A DNA stretch of 64,000 nucleotides from Candidatus Multivoradales bacterium (GTDB taxonomy: Bacteria; Acidobacteriota; Thermoanaerobaculia; Multivoradales; JAHEKO01): positions 64,001 through 128,000 of the forward strand of contig CBDCXM010000003.1 in assembly GCA_965223855.1 (NCBI GenBank), read 5' to 3'. Of the stretch, positions 51,632 through 62,553 are shown piece after piece (position 1 is the first letter of the stretch; the number at the start of each line of letters is the position of its first letter). The position numbers were made by a program, and so were the translations under genes. The notes beneath the pieces are model-generated. The model did not search any database, was not told the DNA's origin, and saw nothing but the letters and a program-made list of their open reading frames with translations.

Positions 51632-53020
51632 TCAGTCCATCTGCTTGCGCAACACCGTCGGAATGTCGAAGTCGTCGACGTTCGACCAGTTCGGGCCGTA
51701 GCCTCCCGGATCCTCGGGCTGACTCTTGGCGAGGAACTTGCGATAGAAGGGGATCTCCTCCTGTTCGCCTTCCGCCTCCGGCTCCTGAGCCGGCAGGTCG
51801 AGGTTGGTGACCGTGTCGTCTTCGATCCGGATGCTCCGGGCCACCCGGCGCTCGCGCTGCGGCGGCTCGACCGGTTCGGGCTCGGCCGCCGGCTCAGGTG
51901 TGGGAGGGGCAGCCTCGAACGAGGTCAGGGGCGCAGCCGCTACGGGCGGCTCCGCCTCGGCCCGCTCGAGAGCCTCCCGTGCTTCGCGAGCTTCGCGGGC
52001 GCGCTCGGCCATCGGCACGTTGTCGGCAGCGCTGTCGAAGCCGGTGGCGATGACCGTCACCTTCATCTCGTCCTCGAGCTCCTCGTCGACCACCATGCCG
52101 GCGATGATGTTGGCGCCCGCATCGACCGCGTCGGCGATCACTCGCGCCGCCTCGTCCACCTCGTGGAGCGACAGGTCGCGGCCGCCCGAGATATTGAGAA
52201 GCACGCCGCGCGCCCCCTGGACCGAAGTTTCCTCCAGCAGCGGCGACGAGATCGCCCGCTGCGCCGCCTCGAGGGCGCGGTTCTCGCCCTTGGCGATACC
52301 GGTCCCCATGAGCGCCATCCCCATGCCCGACATCACCGTCTTGACGTCGGCGAAGTCGACGTTGACCTCGCCCGGCACCGTGATCAGGTCGCTGATCCCC
52401 TGCACCGCCTGCTGCAGGACGTTGTCGGCGATCTGGAACGCCTCCGAAAGCGGCGTGCCCCGATCGACGAAGCTCAGCAGCCGCTCGTTGGGAATCGTGA
52501 TCAGGGTGTCGACGCTGGCTCGCAGCTCCTCCACCCCCTTGTCGGCCAGATCCCAACGCCGGCGCCCCTCGAAGCCGAACGGCTTGGTGACGACCGCCAC
52601 CGTCAGCGCTCCGACCTCGGCGGCGAGCGAAGCGATGATCGGAGCGGCACCGGTGCCGCTCCCACCGCCGAGACCGGCGGTGAGGAAGATCATGTCGCTC
52701 CCCTCGAGGAGCTCGAGGATGCGCTCGGTGTCCTCGAGCGCAGCCTTGCGGCCGATCTCGGGGTCTCCGCCGGCACCAAGCCCGCGGGTCAGCGTCGGCC
52801 CGAGCTGCAGCTTGTGCGGCGCTCTGCAGTTGCGCAGCGCCTGCACGTCGGTGTTGGCGGCGATGAACTCGATGCCGCGCATGCGCGAATCGATCATCCG
52901 GTTTACCGCGTTTCCGCCTCCGCCGCCCACGCCGATCACCTTGATCCGCGCAGGCACCATCTGCTCTTCGAGCGTGATGGGGAGACTGCTCTCGGTTTCT
53001 CTTTCGTCAAACAAAATCAT
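51632..53020 (-). CDS. ftsZ: Cell division protein FtsZ
   Basis: [26 protein letters not shown] and C-terminal [11 protein letters not shown]. Confidence 0.98.
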   Translation of the reverse strand: MILFDERETESSLPITLEEQMVPARIKVIGVGGGGGNAVNRMIDSRMRGIEFIAANTDVQALRNCRAPHKLQLGPTLTRGLGAGGDPEIGRKAALEDTERILELLEGSDMIFLTAGLGGGSGTGAAPIIASLAAEVGALTVAVVTKPFGFEGRRRWDLADKGVEELRASVDTLITIPNERLLSFVDRGTPLSEAFQIADNVLQQAVQGISDLITVPGEVNVDFADVKTVMSGMGMALMGTGIAKGENRALEAAQRAISSPLLEETSVQGARGVLLNISGGRDLSLHEVDEAARVIADAVDAGANIIAGMVVDEELEDEMKVTVIATGFDSAADNVPMAERAREAREAREALERAEAEPPVAAAPLTSFEAAPPTPEPAAEPEPVEPPQRERRVARSIRIEDDTVTNLDLPAQEPEAEGEQEEIPFYRKFLAKSQPEDPGGYGPNWSNVDDFDIPTVLRKQMD

Positions 53021-53066
53021 CTTGAAACCTCCTCATTCGGGGTCGTGTTGCAGCCGCCACCACACC

Positions 53067-54305
53067 TCACACGAGGTCGGCGAACATGCTGCGGAGGTTG
53101 CCCACCATTTGCTTCACGCTGAAGGGCGAGCGGCGCGCGTTGCGCGCCTCCTGCGCCTCAGCGGTTCGTCCATAGAGAAGAAGCCCCGACGCGGTGCACC
53201 ACGTCGGAGAACTGATCACGTCCACCAGCCCGCCCAGGCCTTGCGGCAGGCCGAATCTCACGGCGCAGTTGAAGACCTGCTCGGCGAGTTCCGGCAGCCC
53301 GTCGAGCTGCGCGCCACCGCCCGTCAGGACGATGCCGCCTCGCAGGCAGTCGGCCGCGCCGTTGCGATCGAGATCCTGTCGTACCAGCGTCAGGAGCTCC
53401 TCGGCGCGCGGTTGCATGATCGCGCACAGCTCCCGCTTCGGCACCACCCGGGCCGGCCCTCCGGCCACCGCCGGCACCGACACACCCTCCTGGTCGCTCA
53501 GCAGCCCGTCCATGCAGCAGCCGTGCTGCACCTTGAGGCGCTCCGCTTCGGCGAAGGGGGTTCGCAGCACCATCGCCAGGTCGTTCGTGAAGTGGCTCGA
53601 CCCGACCGGAACGACGGCCGAGATGAGAACCTCGCCCTCGATGTAGAGGGCGTACTCGGTCGTGCCGCTTCCGATGTCGATCAGGAGCGTCCCGAGTTCT
53701 CTTTCGTCGTGAGTCATGACGGCGTGCGCCGTGGCGAGCGGCTCGAAGACGATCTCGATCGCCTCGATGCCGGCCCGGTTGATGCAGGTCAGCACGGTGC
53801 GCGCACGGGTCTGATTGCCGGTCACGAGGTGCACAGCAGCTTCGAGGCGGCTTCCCTGCATGCCGAGCGGGTCGGCGATCCCCTCCTGCTCGTCGACGAC
53901 GAACTCGCGGACGATCGCGTGCAGGATCTCGCGGTCGGACGGCAACGCGGCGGCCTGCGCCGCCTCGAGGACCCGGTCGATGTCCTGGCGCGTGATCTCC
54001 CGGTCGCCCCGCGCCACCGACACCATTCCCTTGGAGTTGACGCTGCGAATGTCGCTGCCGGCCACACCGACGTAGGCGCCGGAGATCTCGACCCCGGCCA
54101 TCACCTCCGCCTCTTCGACCGCCTGCTTGAGCGCCTCGACGGTCGCCTCGACGTTGACGATGTTTCCCTTGCGACTGCCGCGATTGGGAGCGGAGCCCTT
54201 CCCCACCACCTCGAGGCCTCCCTCGTCGGTGTGTTGGGCGATGAGGATGCCGATCTTCGACGAACCGACGTCGATCGCTGCCAGATAGGGATCTTTCTTG
54301 GGCAT
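53067..54305 (-). CDS. ftsA: Cell division protein FtsA
   Basis: IDVGSSK, IDIGSGTT, AEAERLK and LTGGGAQL motifs; synteny. Confidence 0.96.
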   Translation of the reverse strand: MPKKDPYLAAIDVGSSKIGILIAQHTDEGGLEVVGKGSAPNRGSRKGNIVNVEATVEALKQAVEEAEVMAGVEISGAYVGVAGSDIRSVNSKGMVSVARGDREITRQDIDRVLEAAQAAALPSDREILHAIVREFVVDEQEGIADPLGMQGSRLEAAVHLVTGNQTRARTVLTCINRAGIEAIEIVFEPLATAHAVMTHDERELGTLLIDIGSGTTEYALYIEGEVLISAVVPVGSSHFTNDLAMVLRTPFAEAERLKVQHGCCMDGLLSDQEGVSVPAVAGGPARVVPKRELCAIMQPRAEELLTLVRQDLDRNGAADCLRGGIVLTGGGAQLDGLPELAEQVFNCAVRFGLPQGLGGLVDVISSPTWCTASGLLLYGRTAEAQEARNARRSPFSVKQMVGNLRSMFADLV

Positions 54306-54309
54306 GGGG

Positions 54310-55113
54310 TCAGGCCTCCGGGAACTGCATGACGATTTGGCGGTGGTAGCGCAGATCCACCGCGGAGAATCCTTCGAAGCGTTCCTCGATGCGGGAGCGC
54401 AGTTCGAGAAAACGGGAAACGGCCGGCTCGAGGCGATCCGGTCGCAGCAACAGGTCGTAGGGCAGGCCGGCCACCTCGACCCGCAGGTCGGTGCCATCGA
54501 CGAGCTGCGCCGTAGCGATGCCGGCGAACATCGCCGAATCGCGCGCAGCGAGGGTCTCGATCGCGTGAATCGCGCCGGCGATCGCCGACGACCGCGCGAC
54601 CGGAGCGTCGATCGTCACAAGGCCGGCGAGGACGATCTGTCCCACGCGGTCGATTCGTCTTCCCTCGCGATCGACGTAGTGGCGCCCGTCCTCGGCTCGC
54701 TGGATGGCGGCAGGGATCCGCTCGAGGATCCGCACCACCAGGGCGTCGGGGAGCTTCTTCGACACTTCCACCCCGTCGATCCATCGGTGGTCGCCGAGGA
54801 GCCCCTCCACCTCTGCCAGCGACAGCAGCAGCAGATGGCGGCCGCGGAGCGGCTCGAGGTTCTCGGCCACCCACTCCATCGGCACCCGCTCGCCGGTGGC
54901 GATCCTCACCGTCGAGAGCTCGAAGCGCGGCGACTGGAGCGCCCACGTCGCGGCGCCCACCGGCAGGCCGACGATGATCACCGCGAGCGTCAGCGGCCGG
55001 AGGATCGAGCGGATCCAGCCGGGGCGACGGTGGGAGGCGTCGAAGCGGCGTCGCCGGAACATCGGCGGACGCTCGGCGCCCGGCGGCGAGAGGCGCGGAT
55101 CGGTGCGACTCAT
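54310..55113 (-). CDS. ftsQ: Cell division protein FtsQ/DivIB
   Basis: Single TM, POTRA region (WIDGVEVSKKLPDALVVRILER), C-terminal VDLRY; position between murC and ftsA. Confidence 0.88.
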   Translation of the reverse strand: MSRTDPRLSPPGAERPPMFRRRRFDASHRRPGWIRSILRPLTLAVIIVGLPVGAATWALQSPRFELSTVRIATGERVPMEWVAENLEPLRGRHLLLLSLAEVEGLLGDHRWIDGVEVSKKLPDALVVRILERIPAAIQRAEDGRHYVDREGRRIDRVGQIVLAGLVTIDAPVARSSAIAGAIHAIETLAARDSAMFAGIATAQLVDGTDLRVEVAGLPYDLLLRPDRLEPAVSRFLELRSRIEERFEGFSAVDLRYHRQIVMQFPEA

Positions 55114-56534
55114 CCTCGACCCTCCTCAGCCGTCCGGCGCGCGTCGGCGAGCCCGCCTTCCACTGCCAGACGGTGCGCCAGTCGGTAGATGTCGCCGGCC
55201 CCCATCGTCAGCACGAGGTCACCCTCGGAAACTCCCGGGCCGAGCGCCTCCGGCAGCTCCCGCCAGTCCGGGCGCAGGTGGCAGTGACGGTGGCCGCTCT
55301 GTCGCGCCGCGTCGACCACCAGATCCGCCGAGACTCCGGGGATCGGCGTCTCACGGGAGCCGTAGATCTCGGTCACCCACGCCTCGTCGGCGGCCAGCAG
55401 GGCGCGACCGAACTCCTCCGCCAGATCGCGCGTTCGCGAGTAGAGGTGCGGCTGGAAGACGGCATGAATCCGTGCCTCGGGGTAAGCGTGGCGCGCCGCT
55501 TCGAGGGTCGCCGCCACCTCCGCAGGATGATGCGCGTAGTCGTCCACCACCTGAGCCCCGTGCCAGGAGCCGAGTCGCTCGAAGCGACGGTGAACGCCGC
55601 CGAAGCCTGCCAGAGCGCTGCTGATGCGCTCGAAGTCGAGCCCGAGGGCCAACCCGACCGCGACCGCCGCCAGCGCGTTCTGAACGTTGTGACGTCCCGG
55701 CAGCGGCAGCGTCAGTTCGCCGAGGGTGCCGGTCTCGGCGTGCCGCACCTCGAAGCGGGTGCTGGTGCCGTCGGCCTCGATCGACGCCGCCCTCAGCGTC
55801 GCCTGCGGCGAGGTCCCGTAGGTCACCACCCGACGATCGGAGAGCTCCGGCAAGATCTGCTGGATGTTGGCATCGTCGAGGCAGACGATCACCCGGCCGA
55901 AGAACGGCACCTTGTCGGCGAAGGTCAGGAACGCCTGCCGGATCTCGTCGAGGTCGGCGTAGGTGTCGAGGTGATCGCGGTCGATGTTGGTGACGATGGC
56001 GAGAATCGGCTGCAGCCGCAGGAAGCTGCGGTCGTACTCGTCCGCCTCCGCCACGAGGAACTCGCTGCGACCGAGCCGGGCCCCGGTGCCGGAAACCCGC
56101 AGCCGGCCGCCGACGATCACCGTTGGATCGAATCCCGTCTCCGTGAGCAGCGCGCCGATCAGCGAGGTCGTCGTCGTCTTGCCGTGGGTGCCGGCGACCG
56201 CGATCCCGTACTTGAGCCGCATCAGCTCGCCGAGCATCTCGGCCCGGCGAACGATCGGAATGCCGAGCCGCTCTCCTTCGAGACGCTCCGGGTTGTCGCG
56301 CGGCACTGCCGAAGAGACGACGATCAGATCCGCCCCCTCGACGTTGCCGGCATCGTGGCCGAGCGAGATTCGCACCCCCGCCTCTTCGAGACGGGCCGTC
56401 GTCTCGCTCGCCGCGAGATCGGAACCGGTGACCTCGAGATCGTAGTCGGCGAGCACCTCGGCGATGCCGCTCATACCCGCACCGCCGATGCCGACGAAGT
56501 GCACCCGCTCGAGGTTCATGTGGCGGCGGAACAT
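55110..56534 (-). CDS. murC: UDP-N-acetylmuramate--L-alanine ligase
   Basis: HFVGIGGAGMSGIA, GTHGKTTT, EADEYD and DDYAHHP motifs. Confidence 0.97.
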   Translation of the reverse strand: MFRRHMNLERVHFVGIGGAGMSGIAEVLADYDLEVTGSDLAASETTARLEEAGVRISLGHDAGNVEGADLIVVSSAVPRDNPERLEGERLGIPIVRRAEMLGELMRLKYGIAVAGTHGKTTTTSLIGALLTETGFDPTVIVGGRLRVSGTGARLGRSEFLVAEADEYDRSFLRLQPILAIVTNIDRDHLDTYADLDEIRQAFLTFADKVPFFGRVIVCLDDANIQQILPELSDRRVVTYGTSPQATLRAASIEADGTSTRFEVRHAETGTLGELTLPLPGRHNVQNALAAVAVGLALGLDFERISSALAGFGGVHRRFERLGSWHGAQVVDDYAHHPAEVAATLEAARHAYPEARIHAVFQPHLYSRTRDLAEEFGRALLAADEAWVTEIYGSRETPIPGVSADLVVDAARQSGHRHCHLRPDWRELPEALGPGVSEGDLVLTMGAGDIYRLAHRLAVEGGLADARRTAEEGRG

Positions 56535-57652
56535 CAGGCGGCCTCCCCGAGACTCGAGACCAGCTCGGCGATCCGCTGTGCCGCGCCTTCGTGCGCCAGG
56601 TCGCGAGCAGCCACCGACATCCGCCGGCGCCGCTCGGAGTCCTCGAGCAAGGTGCCGAGCACCTCGGCGAGCGCCTCGGCTCCGGCGCCGCCGTCGAGTT
56701 CGCCGTCGAGGACCACCGAGGCTCCTGCTTCCTCCAGACGCCTTGCATTGTCGAGCTGGTGGCCACCGGCGATCCGCAGCGGCACCAGCACCGACGGCCT
56801 GCCGGAGGCGCACAGTTCCGCCAGGGTGATCGCGCCCGCGCGAGAGACGACGAGGTCCGCCTCCCCCATCGCCGACGCCAGATCCTCGAAGTAGCCCTGC
56901 ACCCGCACCGGAATGCCGCCGAGATCGCGAGCCGCATAGTCGGCCGTCACCCCTTCCGCATGAGCGGCGCCCGCCTGGTGGACGACTTCCAACTCGCGGC
57001 CGGCAGCGGCGAGAGCTTCGATCGCAGGCGGCAGAAGGGTGTTGATCTGCGCCGCCCCCTGCGAGCCGCCGACGACCAGCAGGCGGAGCTGCGAGTCGGA
57101 GTGCGTTGGTGGAACGTGGAAGAACTCCTCCCTCACGGGCACCCCGGTCACCTCTGCGCGGCAGGCGAGCGTCTCCTCGGAACCGGGATAGGCGAGTGTC
57201 GCCAGCGACGCCCAGCGCGAGAGGAATCGATTGGCGGCACCGGGGGCGGCGTTGGGCTCGATCAGCAGGCTCGGGATCCGTGCGATCCGCGCCCCCAGCA
57301 CCGCCGGGGCGCAGACGTAGCCGCCCGTGCCGACCACGACGTCGGCACCGAGCTTGCGCAGCACCCCACGGGCCCGCAGCCCCGAGACGAGGAGTGTCAC
57401 GAGCGCCCTGAGCTTGCGCACGAGGCCCTTGCCCACGAGCGGCGCCGCCGGCACCGCGACATAGGGAGTCCCCGACCGCTCGACGAGCTGCCGCTCCATC
57501 CCGCCCGGGCGGCCCATCCAGGTCACGACCCAGCCCTCGGCAACCAGGGCTTCCGCCACGGCCAGCCCCGGGTAGACATGGCCGCCCGAGCCGCCACCCG
57601 CCAACAGCGCGTGACGGGGCGGACGTACCTGTGGGTTCGGTTCATGATCCAT
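56534..57652 (-). CDS. murG: Undecaprenyl-PP-MurNAc-pentapeptide GlcNAc transferase
   Basis: GGGSGGHVYP, GGYV, GGSQGA, RAGAITLAE and HQLDNA motifs. Confidence 0.96.
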   Translation of the reverse strand: MDHEPNPQVRPPRHALLAGGGSGGHVYPGLAVAEALVAEGWVVTWMGRPGGMERQLVERSGTPYVAVPAAPLVGKGLVRKLRALVTLLVSGLRARGVLRKLGADVVVGTGGYVCAPAVLGARIARIPSLLIEPNAAPGAANRFLSRWASLATLAYPGSEETLACRAEVTGVPVREEFFHVPPTHSDSQLRLLVVGGSQGAAQINTLLPPAIEALAAAGRELEVVHQAGAAHAEGVTADYAARDLGGIPVRVQGYFEDLASAMGEADLVVSRAGAITLAELCASGRPSVLVPLRIAGGHQLDNARRLEEAGASVVLDGELDGGAGAEALAEVLGTLLEDSERRRRMSVAARDLAHEGAAQRIAELVSSLGEAA

Positions 57653-57658
57653 CGCTGT

Positions 57659-58741
57659 TCACGCATGCTGGGAGACGTTGAGCAGGAGTCCGAACGCCAT
57701 GAGGGTGGCGACCACCGACGAACCACCCGCCGACAGGAGCGGCAGCGGCACACCGGTCGTCGGCACGACGGAGAGGGAGACACTGATGTGGAGCAGCGCC
57801 TGCAGGACAACCACCGCCGTCAGCCCCCAGGCGAGGTGGCGCCCGAAGACGTCCGGCGCCTCGAGACCGGCTCGAACCCCGCGCCACAGCACCACGGCGA
57901 AAAGACCGAGGAGAGTGAGCGCGCCGATGAGGCCGAGCTCCTCGGCGACGATCGAGTAGATGAAGTCGGAGTGCGGATACGGCAGGAAATGGAGCTTCTG
58001 CACACTGTCGCCGAGGCCGAGCCCGAAGACCCCTCCCGAACCGACCGCGATCAGCGACTGATCGGCCTGAAAACCGGCTCCAAGGGCGTACTTCTCGGGA
58101 TCGAGGAACGCGGTCACCCGCTGCCACCGGTAGGGAGCGGCGCGGACGGCGAAGTAGCCGAGCGGGACGGCCACCGCGCCGGCAACAGCGAAATAGCGCC
58201 ACGGTACGCCGGCGAGGAAGAGCATTACCGCCCCGGCGAGAGCGACCAGCCCGGCAGTGCCGAAATCGGGCTCGACCATCACGAGACCGGCGAGCACCGC
58301 GATCGCCAGCGCAGAGGGAACGAGCAGCTCGTAGGGGCGCTGCCGCTCTTCCTGGCGCGCAATCTGGTAGGCGAGGTAGATGACCACCGCCAGCTTGGCG
58401 AGCTCCGACGGCTGAAGCGAGAACCCTCCGACGAGAATCCAGCGACGGGTGCCGTTGACCGCCGGCTGGAAGAGGGCGAAGACCAGTAGCGTCAGCACCG
58501 CGAAGAAGACCGCGTAGACGACCGGACGCGAAGCGAGATGGCGGTAGTCGACGTGCATCGCCAGCCACATCCCGACGAGCCCCACGACCACTGCCAGGAT
58601 CTGCTTGACGACGAACGGATTGCGCCCGCTCTCGTCGGCACCGACCACCGAGCTCGCCGAATAGACCATCGTCAGCCCGGTCATCAGGAGGGCGACGATG
58701 GCGACGAAGAGCACCTTGTCGAAGGCGAGCTTCTTAGCCAT
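57659..58741 (-). CDS. ftsW: Cell division protein FtsW
   Basis: MVYSAS, RRWI, QPSELAK, EPDFGT, HSDFI, EELG and SAGGSS motifs. Confidence 0.96.
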   Translation of the reverse strand: MAKKLAFDKVLFVAIVALLMTGLTMVYSASSVVGADESGRNPFVVKQILAVVVGLVGMWLAMHVDYRHLASRPVVYAVFFAVLTLLVFALFQPAVNGTRRWILVGGFSLQPSELAKLAVVIYLAYQIARQEERQRPYELLVPSALAIAVLAGLVMVEPDFGTAGLVALAGAVMLFLAGVPWRYFAVAGAVAVPLGYFAVRAAPYRWQRVTAFLDPEKYALGAGFQADQSLIAVGSGGVFGLGLGDSVQKLHFLPYPHSDFIYSIVAEELGLIGALTLLGLFAVVLWRGVRAGLEAPDVFGRHLAWGLTAVVVLQALLHISVSLSVVPTTGVPLPLLSAGGSSVVATLMAFGLLLNVSQHA

Positions 58742-60113
58742 CGGCCGCCTCCGACAGGTTCTCGACGAGGCGCTGGAAATGATCCCCTCGGGCGGCGAAA
58801 TTGGCGTACTGGTCGAAGCTCGCACAGGCCGGCGACAGCAGCACGACGTCGCCCGCGCGTGCGCGAGCCGCGGCCGAGGCGACGGCGGCCTCCAGATCGC
58901 CGGCCATCTCCCACGGTGCCGCCTCGCCGAGCGCCGACGCCAGCTCGGACGCCGATTCGCCGATCAGGTAGAGCCTCGTCGCCTTCGCCCTTACCAACTC
59001 TTCCAGTTCGGTGACGGAAGCACCCTTGCCCCGGCCACCGAGGATCAAGTGCACGCTGCCGTCGGCGAACCCTTCCAGCGAACGGGCGGTCGCTCCGACA
59101 TTGGTGCCCTTGGAGTCGTCGAACCAGCGCACCCCTGCCCGGTCGCGCACCATCTGCAGCCGGTGCGGCAGCGCGCGGAACTGTGCGAGACCGGCGCCGA
59201 GCGCTTCGACCTCGGTACCGACAGCGCGCGCCAGGAGCGCCGACGCCATCGCGTTCTCGAGGTTGTGCGGACCCGGCACCGGCACGTCGCCGACGGCGAA
59301 CATCGTTCGGGGCCTCACTCCGGGCTCCACCTCGACCACCCTGTCGCCGTCGACGTAGCAGCCGTCGCCGACCGCACCGCGGCGTGAGAAGTAACGACGA
59401 CGCGGTGCCAGTTCCTCTCCGGAAAACCGCTCGACGAGAGGATCGTCCGCGTTGAGCACCGCGACGTCGGACGGTTCCTGACGAGCGAAGATGCGCGCCT
59501 TGGCACGCCCGTAGGCGTCGAGATCGCCGTGTCGATCGAGGTGGTCGGGCGACAGGTTTAGGAACGCCGCCGCCCGCGGGCGGAACGTATCGACCGACTC
59601 GAGTTGAAAGCTGGAGAGCTCGGCGACGTAGACCTCACCCCCCTCCTCCACACAGTCGATCAGCGGTCGGCCGAAGTTTCCGCAGACCACCGCCCGGCGA
59701 CCCGAAGCGTCGATCATCGCGCCGGTCATCGCAGTGGTCGTGCTCTTGCCGTTCGAACCGGTAATCGCGAGGATCGGCGCCTCCACGAACGGGAAGGCGA
59801 GCTCGATCTCGCCGACGACCGGTAGCGAACGGCGTTTCGCCTCCAGGAGGAGGTCGCGCTCGCTCGGCACGCCTGGGCTGACGACGATCCCGTCGACATC
59901 TCCCGGCAGCTCTTCGAGTTGTGCTGCGCTCACCGCCTCGAAGCGCGGATCCTCGGCCCACTCGCCGAGCTCGAGCTGGTCGAGTGGTCGGTCGTCGACA
60001 CCGAGCACGCGGACCTCCCTCCTCAGCAGGAAACGTGCGACCGCAGTGCCGCTGACGCCGAGTCCGTAGACCAGCACCCGGTTCCACTCCCCCTCTGACC
60101 AGGGCGTCTTCAT
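58734..60113 (-). CDS. murD: UDP-MurNAc-L-Ala--D-glutamate ligase
   Basis: [36 protein letters not shown] and [10 protein letters not shown] motifs. Confidence 0.96.
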   Translation of the reverse strand: MKTPWSEGEWNRVLVYGLGVSGTAVARFLLRREVRVLGVDDRPLDQLELGEWAEDPRFEAVSAAQLEELPGDVDGIVVSPGVPSERDLLLEAKRRSLPVVGEIELAFPFVEAPILAITGSNGKSTTTAMTGAMIDASGRRAVVCGNFGRPLIDCVEEGGEVYVAELSSFQLESVDTFRPRAAAFLNLSPDHLDRHGDLDAYGRAKARIFARQEPSDVAVLNADDPLVERFSGEELAPRRRYFSRRGAVGDGCYVDGDRVVEVEPGVRPRTMFAVGDVPVPGPHNLENAMASALLARAVGTEVEALGAGLAQFRALPHRLQMVRDRAGVRWFDDSKGTNVGATARSLEGFADGSVHLILGGRGKGASVTELEELVRAKATRLYLIGESASELASALGEAAPWEMAGDLEAAVASAAARARAGDVVLLSPACASFDQYANFAARGDHFQRLVENLSEAADG

Positions 60114-61195
60114 CGCAGCTTCAGGGTCGACAGAGAGACGAGAGCGAAGACAATCGCGACGATCCAGAAGCGGACGATGATCTTCGGCTCCGACCAGCCG
60201 GCCAGTTCGAAGTGGTGGTGGAGCGGAGCCATGCGGAAGATCCGCTTGCCCCGCAGCTTGAAGGAGGCGACCTGGAGGATCACCGACAACGCTTCGACGA
60301 CGAACAGGCCGCCGACGAGGACCAGCAACACCTCCTGCTTGGCGAGCACCGCGACCATGCCGATCGCCCCTCCGAGCCCGAGCGACCCGACGTCTCCCAT
60401 GATCATCTGCGCCGGGTGCGAGTTGAACCACAGGAAGCCCATGCTCGCGCCGACGAGGGCGCCGCAGAAGATCGCCACTTCGCCGACGCCGCGGATGTAG
60501 GGGACCTGGAGGTAGTTGGCGACCACCGAGTTGCCGGCGATGTAGGTGAAGATCGCGTAGGTCGCCGCCGCGATCAGTGTGGCACCGATCGCCAGCCCAT
60601 CGAGCCCGTCGGTCAGATTGACGGCGCTCGAAGAGCCGAAGAGGACGACGACCAGGAACGGGATGTAGAACAGTCCGAGGTCGAAGATCGCGCGCTTGAA
60701 GAACGGCAGCGCCACGGTCGGAGCGAATGAGAAGGCCTCGGGCAGATTGAGCAATGCCACCCCGGCGACGACCGAGACGAGCGCCGAGAGCGCCATCTTG
60801 GTGCGCGCGCTCAGCCCCTTGTTGTGGCGTCGACGCACCTTCAGGAAGTCGTCGGCGAAGCCGATCGCCCCGAAGCCGGAGGTGACGCCGACCGCGAGCC
60901 ACACGTAGGGGTTGTCGAGCCGCGCCCAGAGGAGCGTCGGCACGACCACCGCGAAGAGGATCAGGAGCCCCCCCATCGTCGGCGTCCCCGCCTTCGCCTG
61001 ATGCCTCTCGGGCGCCACGTCGCGGATGCTCTGGCCGACCGACAGCCGCTGCAGCAGGCGGATGAAGTAGGGCCCGAGCAGCAGGCTCAGCAGCAGGGCG
61101 CTCAGCACCGCTCCCGCCGTGCGAAAGGTGATGTAGCGGAAGACGTTGAAGACGGCAAAGCGGTCGGCGAGGCCGAACAGGAGGTGGTAGAGCAT
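60110..61195 (-). CDS. mraY: Phospho-N-acetylmuramoyl-pentapeptide transferase
   Basis: [30 protein letters not shown] and MAPLHHHFE motifs. Confidence 0.98.
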   Translation of the reverse strand: MLYHLLFGLADRFAVFNVFRYITFRTAGAVLSALLLSLLLGPYFIRLLQRLSVGQSIRDVAPERHQAKAGTPTMGGLLILFAVVVPTLLWARLDNPYVWLAVGVTSGFGAIGFADDFLKVRRRHNKGLSARTKMALSALVSVVAGVALLNLPEAFSFAPTVALPFFKRAIFDLGLFYIPFLVVVLFGSSSAVNLTDGLDGLAIGATLIAAATYAIFTYIAGNSVVANYLQVPYIRGVGEVAIFCGALVGASMGFLWFNSHPAQMIMGDVGSLGLGGAIGMVAVLAKQEVLLVLVGGLFVVEALSVILQVASFKLRGKRIFRMAPLHHHFELAGWSEPKIIVRFWIVAIVFALVSLSTLKLR

Positions 61196-62553
61196 CAGTC
61201 GCCCTTTCCCAGGAGCGCCTGCACGACCGCTTCGAGACCGATCCCGCGCGAGCCCTTGACGAGCACCACGTCACCGGCTCCGGGTCGTGGCAGCTCGCGG
61301 GCGGCGGCAGCGGCATCGGCCCACCAGCCGGTCTCGGCACCGTGCTGGCCGGCAGCGGTCACCAGCTCGCCTGAGAGCTCGCCGACGCCGTAGACCCGGT
61401 CGAAGCCGCTCTCGACCGCCAGATAACCGGCCTCGCGATGGAAGCGACTCTGCGCCTCGCCGAGCTCGAGCATGTCGCCGAGGACCGCCCAGTGACGCTC
61501 CCCCTCGATCTGAGCAGCGGCTTCGAGCGCCCGTTCGACGGCCGACGGGTTCGAGTTGTAGCTGTCGTCGATGACGATCGCGCCGCTCGACGTGGTGTGG
61601 AACTCACCACGGCCGGCTGCCGGCCGCAGGCCCCGCACCGCTTCGGCGATCTCTTCGAGGGTCACCCCGGCGACGAGCGCGGCGGCAGCGGCGGCGAGGC
61701 AGTTCTCGACGTTATGGCGCCCCAGCAGCGGCAACTCGATGCGCGCCGTCGCGCCGCGCCACACGAGCTCGAAGGCGCTGCCGGTCGGAGCGAGAGGCTG
61801 AAGGTCCCGTGCCGCCAGATCGACGTCCTGGCGATCGATCCCGTAGGTAGCGAGCGGGCCGTTGTGGCGCTCGCTGATCCACATCACTTCCGGGTCGTCG
61901 GCGTTGGCCACCATCAGGCCGTCCGGGTCGAGCCCCTCGAGCAGCTCCGCCTTGGCGCGGGCGATGGCGCGCAAGCTGCCGAACGCCTCGAGGTGAGCCG
62001 CGCGCACGTTCGTGAAGACGGCGATGTCGGGCCGGCCGAGGCGGCTGATGGCGGCGAGCTCGCCCGGGGTGGACATCCCCATCTCGGCGACCATCCAGTC
62101 CGCTTCCTCGTCGATCGCCAGGAGCGACAGCGGGAATCCCAGCAGATTGTTGAAGTTGCCGAGCGAGCGGCCTACCGCGAAGCGTTGCTCGAGCATGGCC
62201 GCCAGCAGCTCCTTGGTCGTCGTCTTGCCGGCGGAGCCGGTGATGGCCACCAACTGCCGCGGAGCGCGGCGACGGGCCGTGCGGGTCAGCGCATGGAGCG
62301 CTCCATAGGGATCGGCGACCTCGATCTGGCGCCCTGCCCGCTCGACGGCGCCCGACACCACGGCGGCGGCGGCTCCCGCTTCGAGAGCAGCGCCGACGAA
62401 CGCGTGCCCGTCGGTGTGCTCGCCGGGAAGGGCGAAGAAGAGCTCCCCTCCCTCGACCTTCCGCGAGTCGATCACGGCGCCCTCCCAGCGCCCGTCGAGA
62501 CCGATCAAGCGACCTCCCATGGCCCGCGCCGCATCAGTCAGCCGTCCCTGCAC
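61195..62553 (-). CDS. murF: UDP-MurNAc-tripeptide--D-Ala-D-Ala ligase
   Basis: [37 protein letters not shown] and VKGSRG motifs. Confidence 0.96.
   Translation of the reverse strand: MQGRLTDAARAMGGRLIGLDGRWEGAVIDSRKVEGGELFFALPGEHTDGHAFVGAALEAGAAAAVVSGAVERAGRQIEVADPYGALHALTRTARRRAPRQLVAITGSAGKTTTKELLAAMLEQRFAVGRSLGNFNNLLGFPLSLLAIDEEADWMVAEMGMSTPGELAAISRLGRPDIAVFTNVRAAHLEAFGSLRAIARAKAELLEGLDPDGLMVANADDPEVMWISERHNGPLATYGIDRQDVDLAARDLQPLAPTGSAFELVWRGATARIELPLLGRHNVENCLAAAAAALVAGVTLEEIAEAVRGLRPAAGRGEFHTTSSGAIVIDDSYNSNPSAVERALEAAAQIEGERHWAVLGDMLELGEAQSRFHREAGYLAVESGFDRVYGVGELSGELVTAAGQHGAETGWWADAAAAARELPRPGAGDVVLVKGSRGIGLEAVVQALLGKGD

Noticed and set aside
51960-52010. [10 protein letters not shown] repeat in FtsZ
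   Set aside because: Lies in the variable disordered C-terminal linker; ordinary low complexity
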